Assembly: GCA_031316235.1 (NCBI GenBank)
Contig: JALDRA010000001.1
Location: 1,140,001-1,172,000, forward strand
Direction: 5' to 3'
DNA from: Candidatus Scalindua sp.
GTDB taxonomy: Bacteria > Planctomycetota > Brocadiia > Brocadiales > Scalinduaceae
DNA length: 32,000 bases
Shown one piece after another: positions 15,768-24,351 of the stretch. The first letter of the stretch is position 1. Each line of letters opens with the position of its first letter. The position numbers and the translations under genes were made by a program. The notes beneath the pieces are model-generated. The model saw only the letters and a program-made list of their open reading frames with translations. It was not told the DNA's origin and did no database searches.

Positions 15768-17015
15768 GTGATTAAATTAATTCGCGCCCATTTTTCACTG
15801 CTCTCGGCGACCGCTATTTTGTTGCTGGGCTCCGGACTGCTTGGCACCCTGGTCGCTCTGCGGGCAGAAACTGAGTCTTTCCCGCAGCCAATGATCGGCC
15901 TGATCATGTCAGGGTTTTTTATGGGCTATGTTCTCGGTTCCTATCTCTGCCCGCATGTCATTCGTACTATCGGACATATTCGCAGCTTCTCAGTCTTTGC
16001 CGCGATGGGGTGTGTCAGTGTGCTCCTGCACGGCCTCATCATTGACCCTGTTGTCTGGTTGCTGCTGCGTATTATCACTGGTATCTGTATGCTGGGAATG
16101 TATCTCGTGATCGAATCATGGCTTAACACCCTGGCAACGAATAAAACACGTGGCAGCCTTTTTGCAATCTATATGGCTATCAACCTCCTTGCACTGGGTA
16201 CCGGTCAATATCTGTTAGTGATATATGAGATACAAAGTCTGGCACCTTTTGCGCTCATAGCATTGTTCTTTTCTCTCTCGCTGGTACCCATTGCATTCAC
16301 CCAGATCTCGCAACCGACTCAGATAGAAACCGGCCACCTCGGAATCAGACATCTTTATACAACTTCACCGCTGGCATTTTTTGGCGCGTTACTTTCGGGT
16401 ATCGTCAATGGCGCTTTCTGGGGAATGGGACCGGTTTATGCGCTGAGTGTGGGTTTTGATGTGGCCGGCATTGCATTGTTTATGAGTGGTATCGTTTTTG
16501 GTGGTTCACTTCTGCAGTGGCCACTGGGGCATTTATCTGACAATTACGATCGACGTTTAGTGATCTTCGCAGTCAGCATCATGGCCAGCGGTGCAGCGAT
16601 AGCGGTGTTTTATATGATTGATTCACATAAGGCTCTCGGACTATTGGCTGCATTTATCTTTGGCGGCTGCGCCTTCTCGATCTACTCACTTAGTATGGCG
16701 CATGCCAATGATCACATTGCGGTGACAAATGTACTTGAAATAAGTCGTGGGCTTTTATTGCTCAGTGGCATTGGCGCCACTATCGGACCGCTCAGCGCCG
16801 GTATGTTAATGGGGTGGTTTGGTCCGCAAACACTGATGATTTATTTTTCTTTGCTCATGCTGCTGCTGGCCAGTCTTGCCCTGATGCGACGTTCCATTGG
16901 ATCACCGATTAGCGTATCCGAACAGGGTGATTTCGTTATCATGGCGCGTTCTTCAGCTGCTGTGCTCGAACTGGATCCACGTGCTGAATCTGTTGAGGAT
17001 ACTGGTAGTCATTAA
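15768..17015 (+). CDS. MFS transporter, YcaD-like
   Basis: 12-TM pattern collinear with E. coli YcaD (ESWLN...RG, QWPLGHLSD). GTG start. Confidence 0.75.
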   Translation: MIKLIRAHFSLLSATAILLLGSGLLGTLVALRAETESFPQPMIGLIMSGFFMGYVLGSYLCPHVIRTIGHIRSFSVFAAMGCVSVLLHGLIIDPVVWLLLRIITGICMLGMYLVIESWLNTLATNKTRGSLFAIYMAINLLALGTGQYLLVIYEIQSLAPFALIALFFSLSLVPIAFTQISQPTQIETGHLGIRHLYTTSPLAFFGALLSGIVNGAFWGMGPVYALSVGFDVAGIALFMSGIVFGGSLLQWPLGHLSDNYDRRLVIFAVSIMASGAAIAVFYMIDSHKALGLLAAFIFGGCAFSIYSLSMAHANDHIAVTNVLEISRGLLLLSGIGATIGPLSAGMLMGWFGPQTLMIYFSLLMLLLASLALMRRSIGSPISVSEQGDFVIMARSSAAVLELDPRAESVEDTGSH

Positions 17016-17039
17016 ATAAGTGCTTGATAAATTCATATA

Positions 17040-17070
17040 AAATAAGTGGGACGTTACCCCTTATTTCTCT
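17040..17070. terminator. Hairpin between convergent genes
   Basis: AATAAGTGGG-acgtta-CCCCTTATT followed by TCTCT. Confidence 0.35.
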
Positions 17071-17132
17071 ACGGCTCTGCGTGAGAAAATTTCTTTTTTC
17101 CTCTTGCCAGGGCATTAAGGATACCAAGAGAA

Positions 17133-18059
17133 CTACAGCGATTTCACGATGAGCAGTATTCCGGATACAAACAGAAATACTGAGAAAATTTTACTGTATT
17201 TTTCGTTATCTATATTTGTATAAAGAAACTTTTCCGTTAAAAGGAAAATAACTACGCCTACAATCAGATAGATAACATTGCTGAAGGAGATATTCATGGT
17301 ATCAGCAGCAAAACCGGGGATGTTGATAATGCCGATAACGGCCAATAAAAGAGTTATTACCTGAAAGAGTGCAAATGTTCCATAAGATACCCCTACAGTG
17401 ACCCTGGTTGTGTCTTTCGGGTAGTTTTTCTCATGCACGATTGCCGTCAGCAATGAACCGCCAAGGTTTGTCAGCCCGTGGATGATCCCCATCACCACAA
17501 AATATGTTTTTTCATATTTCACAAACGCCTTTAAAATCTGTTCTATTTTCCCGGAACAACTCTTCAAAGCTACAAACAGCATGAACAGTCCAACAAAAAT
17601 TCCAATGCCGAGATGTTTGAATTTAGCTTCCAGAAACAGAACCAGAGCAAGGAATACAATAACAAACGGTATGGTTATGAAAAGTATTCTTTTGTAGAAG
17701 TGGGTATCTATATATTTGTAGTGTTTGACAACCTGAAAAATATTGATAGCGATTGATATCGGTAGGATGATTGGAAGTACAAGGGTGAGCTTTTCATACT
17801 GCAAAAGGAGCAGAGGTGTGCCAAACAGTAAAACCCCGACACCAAAAACCGATTGAACTGTTGAAGTAATAATAATCACTATCAGAGTATATACTGAGAT
17901 ATCAAGCGGCAGAGAACATATTCCTGCACATTCGCTTCCTTCCATAAAATATGTTCTATTAATTACTATGATACCTGCCATAACCAGTCCCATTATGGCA
18001 ATCTTAATTAATATCCACATTAATTTTCCAGCTCTTGTTCTCATGAATTTAATTTCCAA
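17133..18059 (-). CDS. TauE/SafE-family (DUF81) membrane transporter
   Basis: Two repeated halves carrying FGVGVLLFGTPLLLL and GLTNLGGSLLTAIV. The start codon is uncertain. Confidence 0.6.
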   Translation of the reverse strand: MEIKFMRTRAGKLMWILIKIAIMGLVMAGIIVINRTYFMEGSECAGICSLPLDISVYTLIVIIITSTVQSVFGVGVLLFGTPLLLLQYEKLTLVLPIILPISIAINIFQVVKHYKYIDTHFYKRILFITIPFVIVFLALVLFLEAKFKHLGIGIFVGLFMLFVALKSCSGKIEQILKAFVKYEKTYFVVMGIIHGLTNLGGSLLTAIVHEKNYPKDTTRVTVGVSYGTFALFQVITLLLAVIGIINIPGFAADTMNISFSNVIYLIVGVVIFLLTEKFLYTNIDNEKYSKIFSVFLFVSGILLIVKSL

Positions 18060-18135
18060 TTTGTTTTTCCTTAATTTAAATTTCTCTCACCGCAGAGCTT
18101 GCTATATTGCAGAAAGTAAATAGTTCTTATAATAA

Positions 18136-18306
18136 ATCAGTAACGTCCGGTTAGGAATATGCACGTGCGGCTTTTGTCATACCCAAGTGCTTTTATCGGG
18201 TATCCAGAGAGTCTCATTCATCCTGGATTCCCGCTAAAAACATGCGGGAATGACATCTTGTGAACAATAAATTAAATACGCAAAAACCTAACCGGACACT
18301 ACTGAT
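18136..18306. mobile_element. MITE-2 (171 bp) with 20-bp TIRs
   Basis: ATCAGTAACGTCCGGTTAGG (18136-18155) against CCTAACCGGACACTACTGAT (18287-18306), 18/20 complementary. AATAA lies on both flanks. Internal hairpin ATTCCCGC-taaaaacat-GCGGGAAT. Confidence 0.55.
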
Positions 18307-18390
18307 AATAAATAGGCTATACTCTTTCTTTTGATTTTAAGTAATTGAGCAATTTGGTTTAACTTAAAACTTAAGAAATGAGGGATAGCC

Positions 18391-18537
18391 ATGAGAAACA
18401 TTGAAACAAAAAAAGTCAGAGTAATCAATAAGGAAACACTTATCGTAACCGTAGATATTAGTAAAATAACGAATGTTGGATATTGTAGATGCCCAAATGG
18501 AACAGATGTTAAGCCATTCAGTTTTATGAACAAATAG
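18391..18537 (+). pseudogene. IS110-family transposase, N-terminal 48-codon stub
   Basis: MRNIETKKVRVINKETLIVTVDISKITNVGYCRCPNGTDVKPFSFMNK* fits the IS110 N-terminal pattern (hhGhDhSK...F.F). It is too short to appear in the ORF track. Confidence 0.5.
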
Positions 18538-18576
18538 GGACAGCGACTATTTATTGTTGACAACCGGAAAAAGAAT

Positions 18577-18672
18577 GGTGATCACCTTGATCAGTGATTA
18601 TCACTGTAAAGCTGCATTAAAGTATTTATTGTTGACAAATATTGACAAAGTTAATAGAAATAGTAATGATTA
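18577..18672 (+). repeat. Rep3 copy c, carrying a sigma70-like promoter
   Basis: TTGACA (18632-18637), a 17-nt spacer, then TAGAAA (18655-18660). Palindrome CAGTGATtATCACTG. An extra partial TATTTATTGTTGACAA lies at 18548-18564. Confidence 0.55.
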
Positions 18673-18776
18673 CATGCCCTCGGACGTTAGAATTAATAAT
18701 TAAGAGACAATAAAGCACTACTAATTGATATTGGTACACACGATGAAGTGTATTAACTGAAAATGTTTCAACCAAA

Positions 18777-18903
18777 TTCTAACAAATCAGTGGAGCTAAC
18801 CCCTCCGTCATTTGTGATTCGATCCTTTTCAGGCTCTTTGCTTACCTTATTTTTGTCCATTATTTCATTTGCCAAACTGGGTTGCTCACTTCAGACATTA
18901 TAA
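18777..18903 (+). repeat. attC-like site, family 2 copy c
   Basis: 5' box TTCTAAC (18777-18783). The 3' box position reads ATTATAA (18897-18903). Collinear with 8542-8668. Confidence 0.5.
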
Positions 18904-19022
18904 GGGTTAACAAAACCATCAAACAACTAAAAATGTTGATTTACTTTCTCGTGAACAATAGCGTGTACAAACAAAATATTACTATAGAGCCTCCGCATAA
19001 ACTCGAACGAAAAGTGTTCAAC

Positions 19023-20880
19023 GCAAAATTTTTTTTACTCGTATTTCAAAATCAAGTAAAAAGCAAACAGAAAGAAATAGCACAGCACCAATAATGGAGG
19101 TAATTTGCAAATTTGGAAACACCTCTCCCATGGTCTTTTATTTTGCTTCCAGAAACATCAATTTAATTCTGTAACAAGAGGTGAAAAGCAATCATCGTCT
19201 TATCCAGGTATGCCTGAAATGAGAGATTCCCTCTCTTGCTTAAACGATCATCACCACTATCACACTTCAGCCGCTTTATCATCCGCTCAACTGAAGGGCG
19301 ACGTGTCATTATCGCCTTAAATCTCTTTGCCATCGGAGGGTCTTCTGTGTCTATGTGGGATAACAATCCAAATGATATATTAATCATCCTGCCGGTTAGC
19401 GAATTGGGGCAACACTCTACCTGATGCCGGCATGTTGAACACACCGATCCTCCATCTGTATCCGTTGGCGCATGATAAATGAATTTCTCTCGTTCATAAC
19501 GCATTCCTTTGTAATCCATCTCATGGCCCCCATTGCAAATTACGACACCATACGGCGTTATCTTCTCCATACCACGCGGCAACCCAACTGTTACTTCCCT
19601 CTGACGCCTTGGATTTAAAGATGCCTTTAATTCCAGCCCAAGTTTGTCCATAAACTTATCTTTCAAATCTTTGCTGTCACACGCACTATCATACAATGCT
19701 CTTTTAACCGATTCTTTAATTACCGGATAGGTATCAAATACTTCTTCTATATGCGGAAGAAATGTCTCTCCATCATGGGTCGGTCCATCCAACACCGCCC
19801 TTGCATCCAAAGGCACCCCTTGGCGGGGAAAACCGACAATGCTTGCTTTGTGGCCCCAATACATCTTTGTTATGGATTTCACGATTGTTCCCGCTCCTTC
19901 ATCTGCCAGTACCCAGTCATGTTCACACTTGTCTCTGTCTTGACAGCGACACTTCTTGGTTAACTTTGATTGCGACTTCCTCTGCTCCTTGCCGTCTTTG
20001 TCTTTATACTTTACTGTCTCAAACCCTGAATACGCATAATAGTGGGTTGTATCTCCGACTACTTCTTTCTCTATTTTAATCGCACCTGTCTCTATGTTTT
20101 CAGTCACCAGCATAATCTTCATCTTATCCCATAGCCCCCATTCACTCATGATCTGGTCAAACTGCTGCAGTTTACGCTCACTCGGGATATGCCTGCTGCA
20201 ATACTCATCCCTTTCTCCTTTCGGCGCAAATCCACATACTCGGACAAAACTCGGATTACTCTTTAATAACATGGACACCTTTTCCGGTTCGCACGGAAAT
20301 CCCATGAGCGCTGTACCCAAAAAACTCTTCAACAACGCAAAAAAACACTTTGGCCTCTTACCTCCCAATCGAAATGGTACTACCCCGGGAGATATCCTAA
20401 AGGGATTTACCATCTGGACTTTGGATTCAGCCTTTACTTCATAAAGTACTCTACTTTTTTTCTCCTTATCAACCTGCATGGTTACTCTATCAAATAAAAG
20501 CAGCTGCCTTCTATCTTCTTTGCTCTGAGACAATACAACGTTCTTTTGGAGTTTACTCTCTTGCCTCTTTCTCTCTTCTCGCTTATTAAATTCATAAAGC
20601 GCATCATAATACTCAGCACCAAAAACACGGTGTTTCTCCCAGGGAAAATAATATAAAACCCTAAACCACTCTGCATCTGGCGTATTAAGCAGTACCTTGT
20701 CGTCTTCGTGAACGGTGTGAATGAGAAGTGGTTTTTGGTTGCTTTCAATTTGTGATAATGGTAGCATTCTTGTGTGTCCTTTCTTGTATAGTAGTTTGTG
20801 TTGTTGTGTGACTTCTATTATACAAGTTGGGCACCGTATTTTGTAATTTTACTTTTGCATTTTGTAAATTATTTTGCAAA
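19023..20880 (-). mobile_element. Insertion sequence (ends not resolved)
   Basis: Carries a single DDE transposase ORF. AT-rich candidate inverted repeats are GCAAAAT... (19023) against ...ATTTTGC (20877), or TAATTTGCAAA (19101) against TTTGTAAATTA (20861). No clear TSD. Confidence 0.45.
19163..20767 (-). CDS. DDE transposase, IS4/IS5 superfamily-like
   Basis: C-terminal (Y)-x2-R-x3-E-x6-K-type motif MTRRPSVERMIKRLK. Cys-rich inserts CRCQDRDKCEH and CSTCRHQVECC. Confidence 0.7.
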   Translation of the reverse strand: MLPLSQIESNQKPLLIHTVHEDDKVLLNTPDAEWFRVLYYFPWEKHRVFGAEYYDALYEFNKREERKRQESKLQKNVVLSQSKEDRRQLLLFDRVTMQVDKEKKSRVLYEVKAESKVQMVNPFRISPGVVPFRLGGKRPKCFFALLKSFLGTALMGFPCEPEKVSMLLKSNPSFVRVCGFAPKGERDEYCSRHIPSERKLQQFDQIMSEWGLWDKMKIMLVTENIETGAIKIEKEVVGDTTHYYAYSGFETVKYKDKDGKEQRKSQSKLTKKCRCQDRDKCEHDWVLADEGAGTIVKSITKMYWGHKASIVGFPRQGVPLDARAVLDGPTHDGETFLPHIEEVFDTYPVIKESVKRALYDSACDSKDLKDKFMDKLGLELKASLNPRRQREVTVGLPRGMEKITPYGVVICNGGHEMDYKGMRYEREKFIYHAPTDTDGGSVCSTCRHQVECCPNSLTGRMINISFGLLSHIDTEDPPMAKRFKAIMTRRPSVERMIKRLKCDSGDDRLSKRGNLSFQAYLDKTMIAFHLLLQN

Positions 20881-21032
20881 ACCCTTTAAAATACGGCATC
20901 CTGACTCGTTGGTACATTCTTCTTGTCACTCTTTTTACAAAAAACTACCACTAACGTTTCCCATAACTTATTTACTAACAAAAGCTTTGTAAGTTTATGC
21001 GTCTGCTCTATATTAAAAAGGAGTATATTACC

Positions 21033-21428
21033 ATGGGTATGATGAAAGAGTTTAAGGAATTTGCGGTAAAAGGAAATGTCATTGATATGGCCGTTGGCAT
21101 CATCATTGGCGCTGCATTTGGGAAAATTGTATCTTCCTTTGTAGGGGATGTGATTATGCCTCCAATAGGTGTGCTTGTAGGTGGAATCGATTTTTCCAAT
21201 TTAGCAATTACTATTAAGGAAGCTGCAGGCGAGGCTCCTGCTGTAGTAATCAGTTATGGGAAGTTTATTCAGACGGTTGTCGATTTCGTAATTATCGCAT
21301 TTGCAATTTTCATCGCTGTCAAAGGAATCAACTCACTCAAGAGAAAAGAGGAAGAAGCACCTAAGGCTCCACCAGCACAAGAAGTATTGCTTTCGGAAAT
21401 ACGCGATTTGCTGAAAGCTAAAGTGTAA
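21033..21428 (+). CDS. mscL: Large-conductance mechanosensitive channel
   Basis: [55 protein letters not shown] is collinear with E. coli MscL. Confidence 0.9.
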   Translation: MGMMKEFKEFAVKGNVIDMAVGIIIGAAFGKIVSSFVGDVIMPPIGVLVGGIDFSNLAITIKEAAGEAPAVVISYGKFIQTVVDFVIIAFAIFIAVKGINSLKRKEEEAPKAPPAQEVLLSEIRDLLKAKV

Positions 21429-21436
21429 GCTTTTTT
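21414..21436 (+). terminator. Weak hairpin plus T tract at the mscL stop
   Basis: AAAGCT-aaagtgta-AGCTTT followed by TTT. Confidence 0.3.
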
Positions 21437-21638
21437 GAATCTCATCTTATAATAAAGCTAATTCAGCCGATACAAAAAAGCCGCACGGCAAATTAGCAGC
21501 AATCAGGGGTCAAAAACCTTATCTATTGCCATTATGAATACTTTTTGTTAGTTTATCGCCATGGTGGAGCTTAGAGTCAGAGGGAAATCGACATTCACAA
21601 TAATACACGTGTAAGCACAACTAAATTAACTGAGTCAT

Positions 21639-21860
21639 ATGCCAACTATCTCGATGTTTTACAGAATTATTATCAGGATGTATTGTTACCCTAGAGAGCA
21701 TAACCCTCCGCACTTCCACGCATATTATCAGAATCATAAGGCTGTAACGGTTAAGTTTGATTCTATAGAATGGGCAAATCATTTGGATAATGATCCAGAA
21801 ATATTGTATGAAAAATGTGCAAAAGTAGAAACCAAACACATAACGAATCACTCAAGTTAA
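21639..21860 (+). CDS. DUF4160-family protein
   Basis: MPTISMFYRIIIRMYCYPREHNPPHFHAYY is the DUF4160 N-terminal signature. The C-terminus overlaps a hairpin and may not be native. Confidence 0.6.
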   Translation: MPTISMFYRIIIRMYCYPREHNPPHFHAYYQNHKAVTVKFDSIEWANHLDNDPEILYEKCAKVETKHITNHSS

Positions 21861-21882
21861 CCCCTTCGTTATGTGTGGTTTT
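21829..21882 (+). other. Long hairpin overlapping the DUF4160 stop codon
   Basis: AAACCAAACACATAACGAA (21829-21847) pairs with TTCGTTATGTGTGGTTTT (21865-21882). Confidence 0.6.
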
Positions 21883-21984
21883 CAAATTTTAGATTCTTTA
21901 TTAATTTTGTTTTTATTCATAGTTTTCTCCGTCCCACGGGTTAGCTCATACTCGACGCTATGAGCAGGAAGATAAGGAGACAAG

Positions 21985-22701
21985 ATGAATCAAATTAATA
22001 TTCAGTATTACAAGACCAAGATTGGAGAGCTAATATTAGGTTCTCTTGATGGGAAATTATGCTTGCTTGATTATAGGTATAGGAGAATGAGGGCAACAGT
22101 TGATAATCGAATCAAAAAAGGTCTAAGGGCCGACTTTGTAGAAAAAAATGCTGATGTATTGTCTAAAGCAAGAGTACAACTTGATGAGTATCTTAATGGA
22201 GGTAGAATAAATTTTGATATCCCAGTATTAGTGGCAGGGACTGATTTCCAGAAAAGTGTATGGAAAGCTTTAGTGAAAATTCCTTACGGTAAGACCGCTT
22301 CTTATTTAGATATAGCAAAGTTCATTAATAAAGAAAAGGCTGTGAGAGCTGTTGCAGGTGCAAATGGAGCAAATTCAATTAGCTTGATTATTCCCTGTCA
22401 TCGAATCATAGGAAGTAACGGAGAGCTTGTTGGTTATGGTGGCGGGGTACCAGTAAAAAAACGGTTATTGAAGCTTGAGCAAAACAACTCAGGTTTACGC
22501 GATAATGAGAAATATAATTTCATTGGAAGTAAAAACATAAAGTATGATGGTGTGTTCTTTACCGCTGTAAAAACAACAGGTATATACTGCAAGCCATCTT
22601 GTAGTGCAAAAAAGCCCAATAGAGAAAATGTCATATTTTATGATACAAAAAAAGATGCTACCGAAAATGGCTATAGGCCCTGTAAGGTTTGCAAGCCATA
22701 A
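21985..22701 (+). CDS. ogt: Methylated-DNA-protein-cysteine methyltransferase fused to a C-terminal Ada-type zinc domain
   Basis: Active site IPCHRIIGSNG. The C-terminus FFTAVKTTGIYCKPSCSAKKPNRENVIFYDTKKDATENGYRPCKVCKP parallels the E. coli Ada N-domain [29 protein letters not shown]...GFRPCKRCQP. Confidence 0.85.
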   Translation: MNQINIQYYKTKIGELILGSLDGKLCLLDYRYRRMRATVDNRIKKGLRADFVEKNADVLSKARVQLDEYLNGGRINFDIPVLVAGTDFQKSVWKALVKIPYGKTASYLDIAKFINKEKAVRAVAGANGANSISLIIPCHRIIGSNGELVGYGGGVPVKKRLLKLEQNNSGLRDNEKYNFIGSKNIKYDGVFFTAVKTTGIYCKPSCSAKKPNRENVIFYDTKKDATENGYRPCKVCKP

Positions 22702-22705
22702 AAAC

Positions 22706-22830
22706 TTATAACAAGCGCATGAAACCAACCACCAGATTATATGCAGTTTAATATTTATTGAAGCTAACGTTTCACTGTTCTTCTGCATGAATCATACACA
22801 GGTGATGGTTGCTTATGTGTGTCATTATGG
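22706..22830 (+). repeat. attC-like site, family 1 copy C
   Basis: 5' box TTATAAC (22706-22712). The 3' box position reads ATTATGG (22824-22830). Confidence 0.6.
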
Positions 22831-22846
22831 CTTTTGGTACTGAGCG

Positions 22847-23482
22847 ATGAAACAAATTTCCTTAATACTCATTGATCCACAAAGAGGATTTTGCTCACCA
22901 ACAGGTTCACTCGGAAAGGAATATGGTGTAGGCGAGATATGTGAGATAACGCGAGTAATACCTAATATAAAAAAAGCTCTTAGTGAGAGTTCAAGACGAC
23001 ATGTAGTTAGTTCGTCGTATTCAGTGGCTCAATTTACTAATGGCAATACAAATCACGGCCTTGCCAACTTGTGCGTTCCTGACATCAACTCGGATTGTGC
23101 AATAATCGATGAATTTTCTGAGGTCGAGTTTAATTCACACTCAATTAAGCACGAACAAAGCGCGCTTTCATCTAGCGTATTTGTAAAAGAAATTGACAAC
23201 GACATCAGGCTGGGAATAGAGAGGTTTGTTGTGGCGGGCTTCTTACTAGAACACTGCGTAAAAAAAACCGCAGAAGATCTTAAAAAACACCTGGTAAACA
23301 CAAACTCCAAAGTATTTTTCTGCAATGACTTATCAGCTTCCAGATCGGAGAAATACAAAAATGGTATTGTGGCAGACACAATAAAAAGTCTTAATAGCAG
23401 CGGAATTCAAACTGAATTATGGCAGAGTATTCGGACATATCAATCACAGGCAGAATCGGTTCACACCTTGATTTGTGATTAG
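22847..23482 (+). CDS. Isochorismatase-family cysteine hydrolase (nicotinamidase-like)
   Basis: LILIDPQRGFCSPTGSL and VVAGFLLEHCVKKTAEDL fit the D-K-C triad context. The last ~9 codons lie inside Rep3. Confidence 0.65.
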   Translation: MKQISLILIDPQRGFCSPTGSLGKEYGVGEICEITRVIPNIKKALSESSRRHVVSSSYSVAQFTNGNTNHGLANLCVPDINSDCAIIDEFSEVEFNSHSIKHEQSALSSSVFVKEIDNDIRLGIERFVVAGFLLEHCVKKTAEDLKKHLVNTNSKVFFCNDLSASRSEKYKNGIVADTIKSLNSSGIQTELWQSIRTYQSQAESVHTLICD

Positions 23483-23540
23483 TGTTGTAAATCTGTATTT
23501 ACTGTTGACACAAATATTGGAAAGGCTAATAGGATTTATT
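23458..23540 (+). repeat. Rep3 copy b
   Basis: GGTTCACACCTTGATTTGTGATTAGTGTTG...TATTTACTGTTGACA (TTGACA at 23505-23510), a 16-nt spacer, then TAATAG. Confidence 0.55.
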
Positions 23541-23684
23541 AATGCTTTTCTTGATTTATCCAAAAACTGCCCAATCCATAAGCGAGGGGTTGATCAAGCC
23601 GTTTTCGCTGCCAATCAATTAGGGTTGCCACTCTACATCCTGTTAGCTTCCGTTTGAGTGACCTGACATAAATTTTTCTTAGTA

Positions 23685-23729
23685 TTTGTTATGGGAGAAT
23701 AACATATTTTGTTATTCTCCCATAACAAA
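23685..23729. repeat. Perfect 20-bp-arm palindrome
   Basis: TTTGTTATGGGAGAATAACA-tattt-TGTTATTCTCCCATAACAAA. Confidence 0.85.
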
Positions 23730-23944
23730 ACATAATCACTGAATTTGGTTCCTGCTGTTATATTCTTAATTTATAACTACTTGCATAATTGTCATCTACA
23801 GGCAGTATGTGGCATGATATCTGCGAAAGCATATTATTAGATTTGTTAAAATAAAAGGGGACTATAAAAAAAGTGGATCAGTCGCATAGCCACTCATCTC
23901 ATCCTGGGAATTGGAAAAACAAAGATTATTGATAGGAGGTTATA

Positions 23945-24202
23945 ATGTTGGGTTCAGAAAGAGAAGGAAATCGTAAGGTAGTTCTTACCAAGTGGATGCT
24001 AGTAATCTTTTCGCTCGGCACATTTGGCTATTACATACTATTAGGGATTAATGATAAAGCCTCTCCTTGAATCCTCTTTATGAATTTTGTGCTTGGGTTA
24101 GGTGCAATTGGAGGAGCTTTCACTTTAGGTAATATATTTAAACATCGGGCGAAAACAGAACAGGCTAAGAGTGCGGCTGATGAGAAAAAGGTTCAGGGAT
24201 GA
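23945..24202 (+). pseudogene. Small 2-TM protein ORF interrupted by one in-frame TGA
   Basis: AGGAGG RBS 5 nt upstream. The reading is MLGSEREGNRKVVLTKWMLVIFSLGTFGYYILLGINDKASP*ILFMNFVLGLGAIGGAFTLGNIFKHRAKTEQAKSAADEKKVQG*. Confidence 0.4.
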
Positions 24203-24351
24203 GAGGAAAAAGGCAAAGCGGAAGCAGATAAAGTAACAACGGAAACTGTCACCATAAAATAAAAAGCTTAACAAATACCAGAGCAAACTGATACCCCAGC
24301 CTTAGAACAAAACTTTTTAAGATAAAAACAAATATGAAAGAGAGGTATTAA

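Noticed and set aside
18288-18563. The 91-aa minus-strand ORF
   Set aside because: It is a low-complexity hydrophobic peptide with no RBS. It is antisense to the IS110-type stub and overlaps the MITE-2 terminus.
21829-21882. The hairpin containing ACATAAC and GTTATGT as a minimal attC
   Set aside because: The pairing extends outward from the boxes rather than inward, the total length is well below known attC sizes, and no L boxes or bulges are evident. I treat it as a plain hairpin or terminator.
2406-24202. TGA recoding (Trp or Sec), suggested by in-frame TGAs at a conserved Trp in the intI remnant, in the recombinase remnant (8323-8325) and in the small 2-TM ORF (24068-24070)
   Set aside because: TGA also terminates apparently complete ORFs (9840, 27652), and reading through those would run into attC repeats. 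The affected genes carry additional lesions such as a frameshift, a TAA stop and truncations. Pseudogenisation is the simpler explanation.
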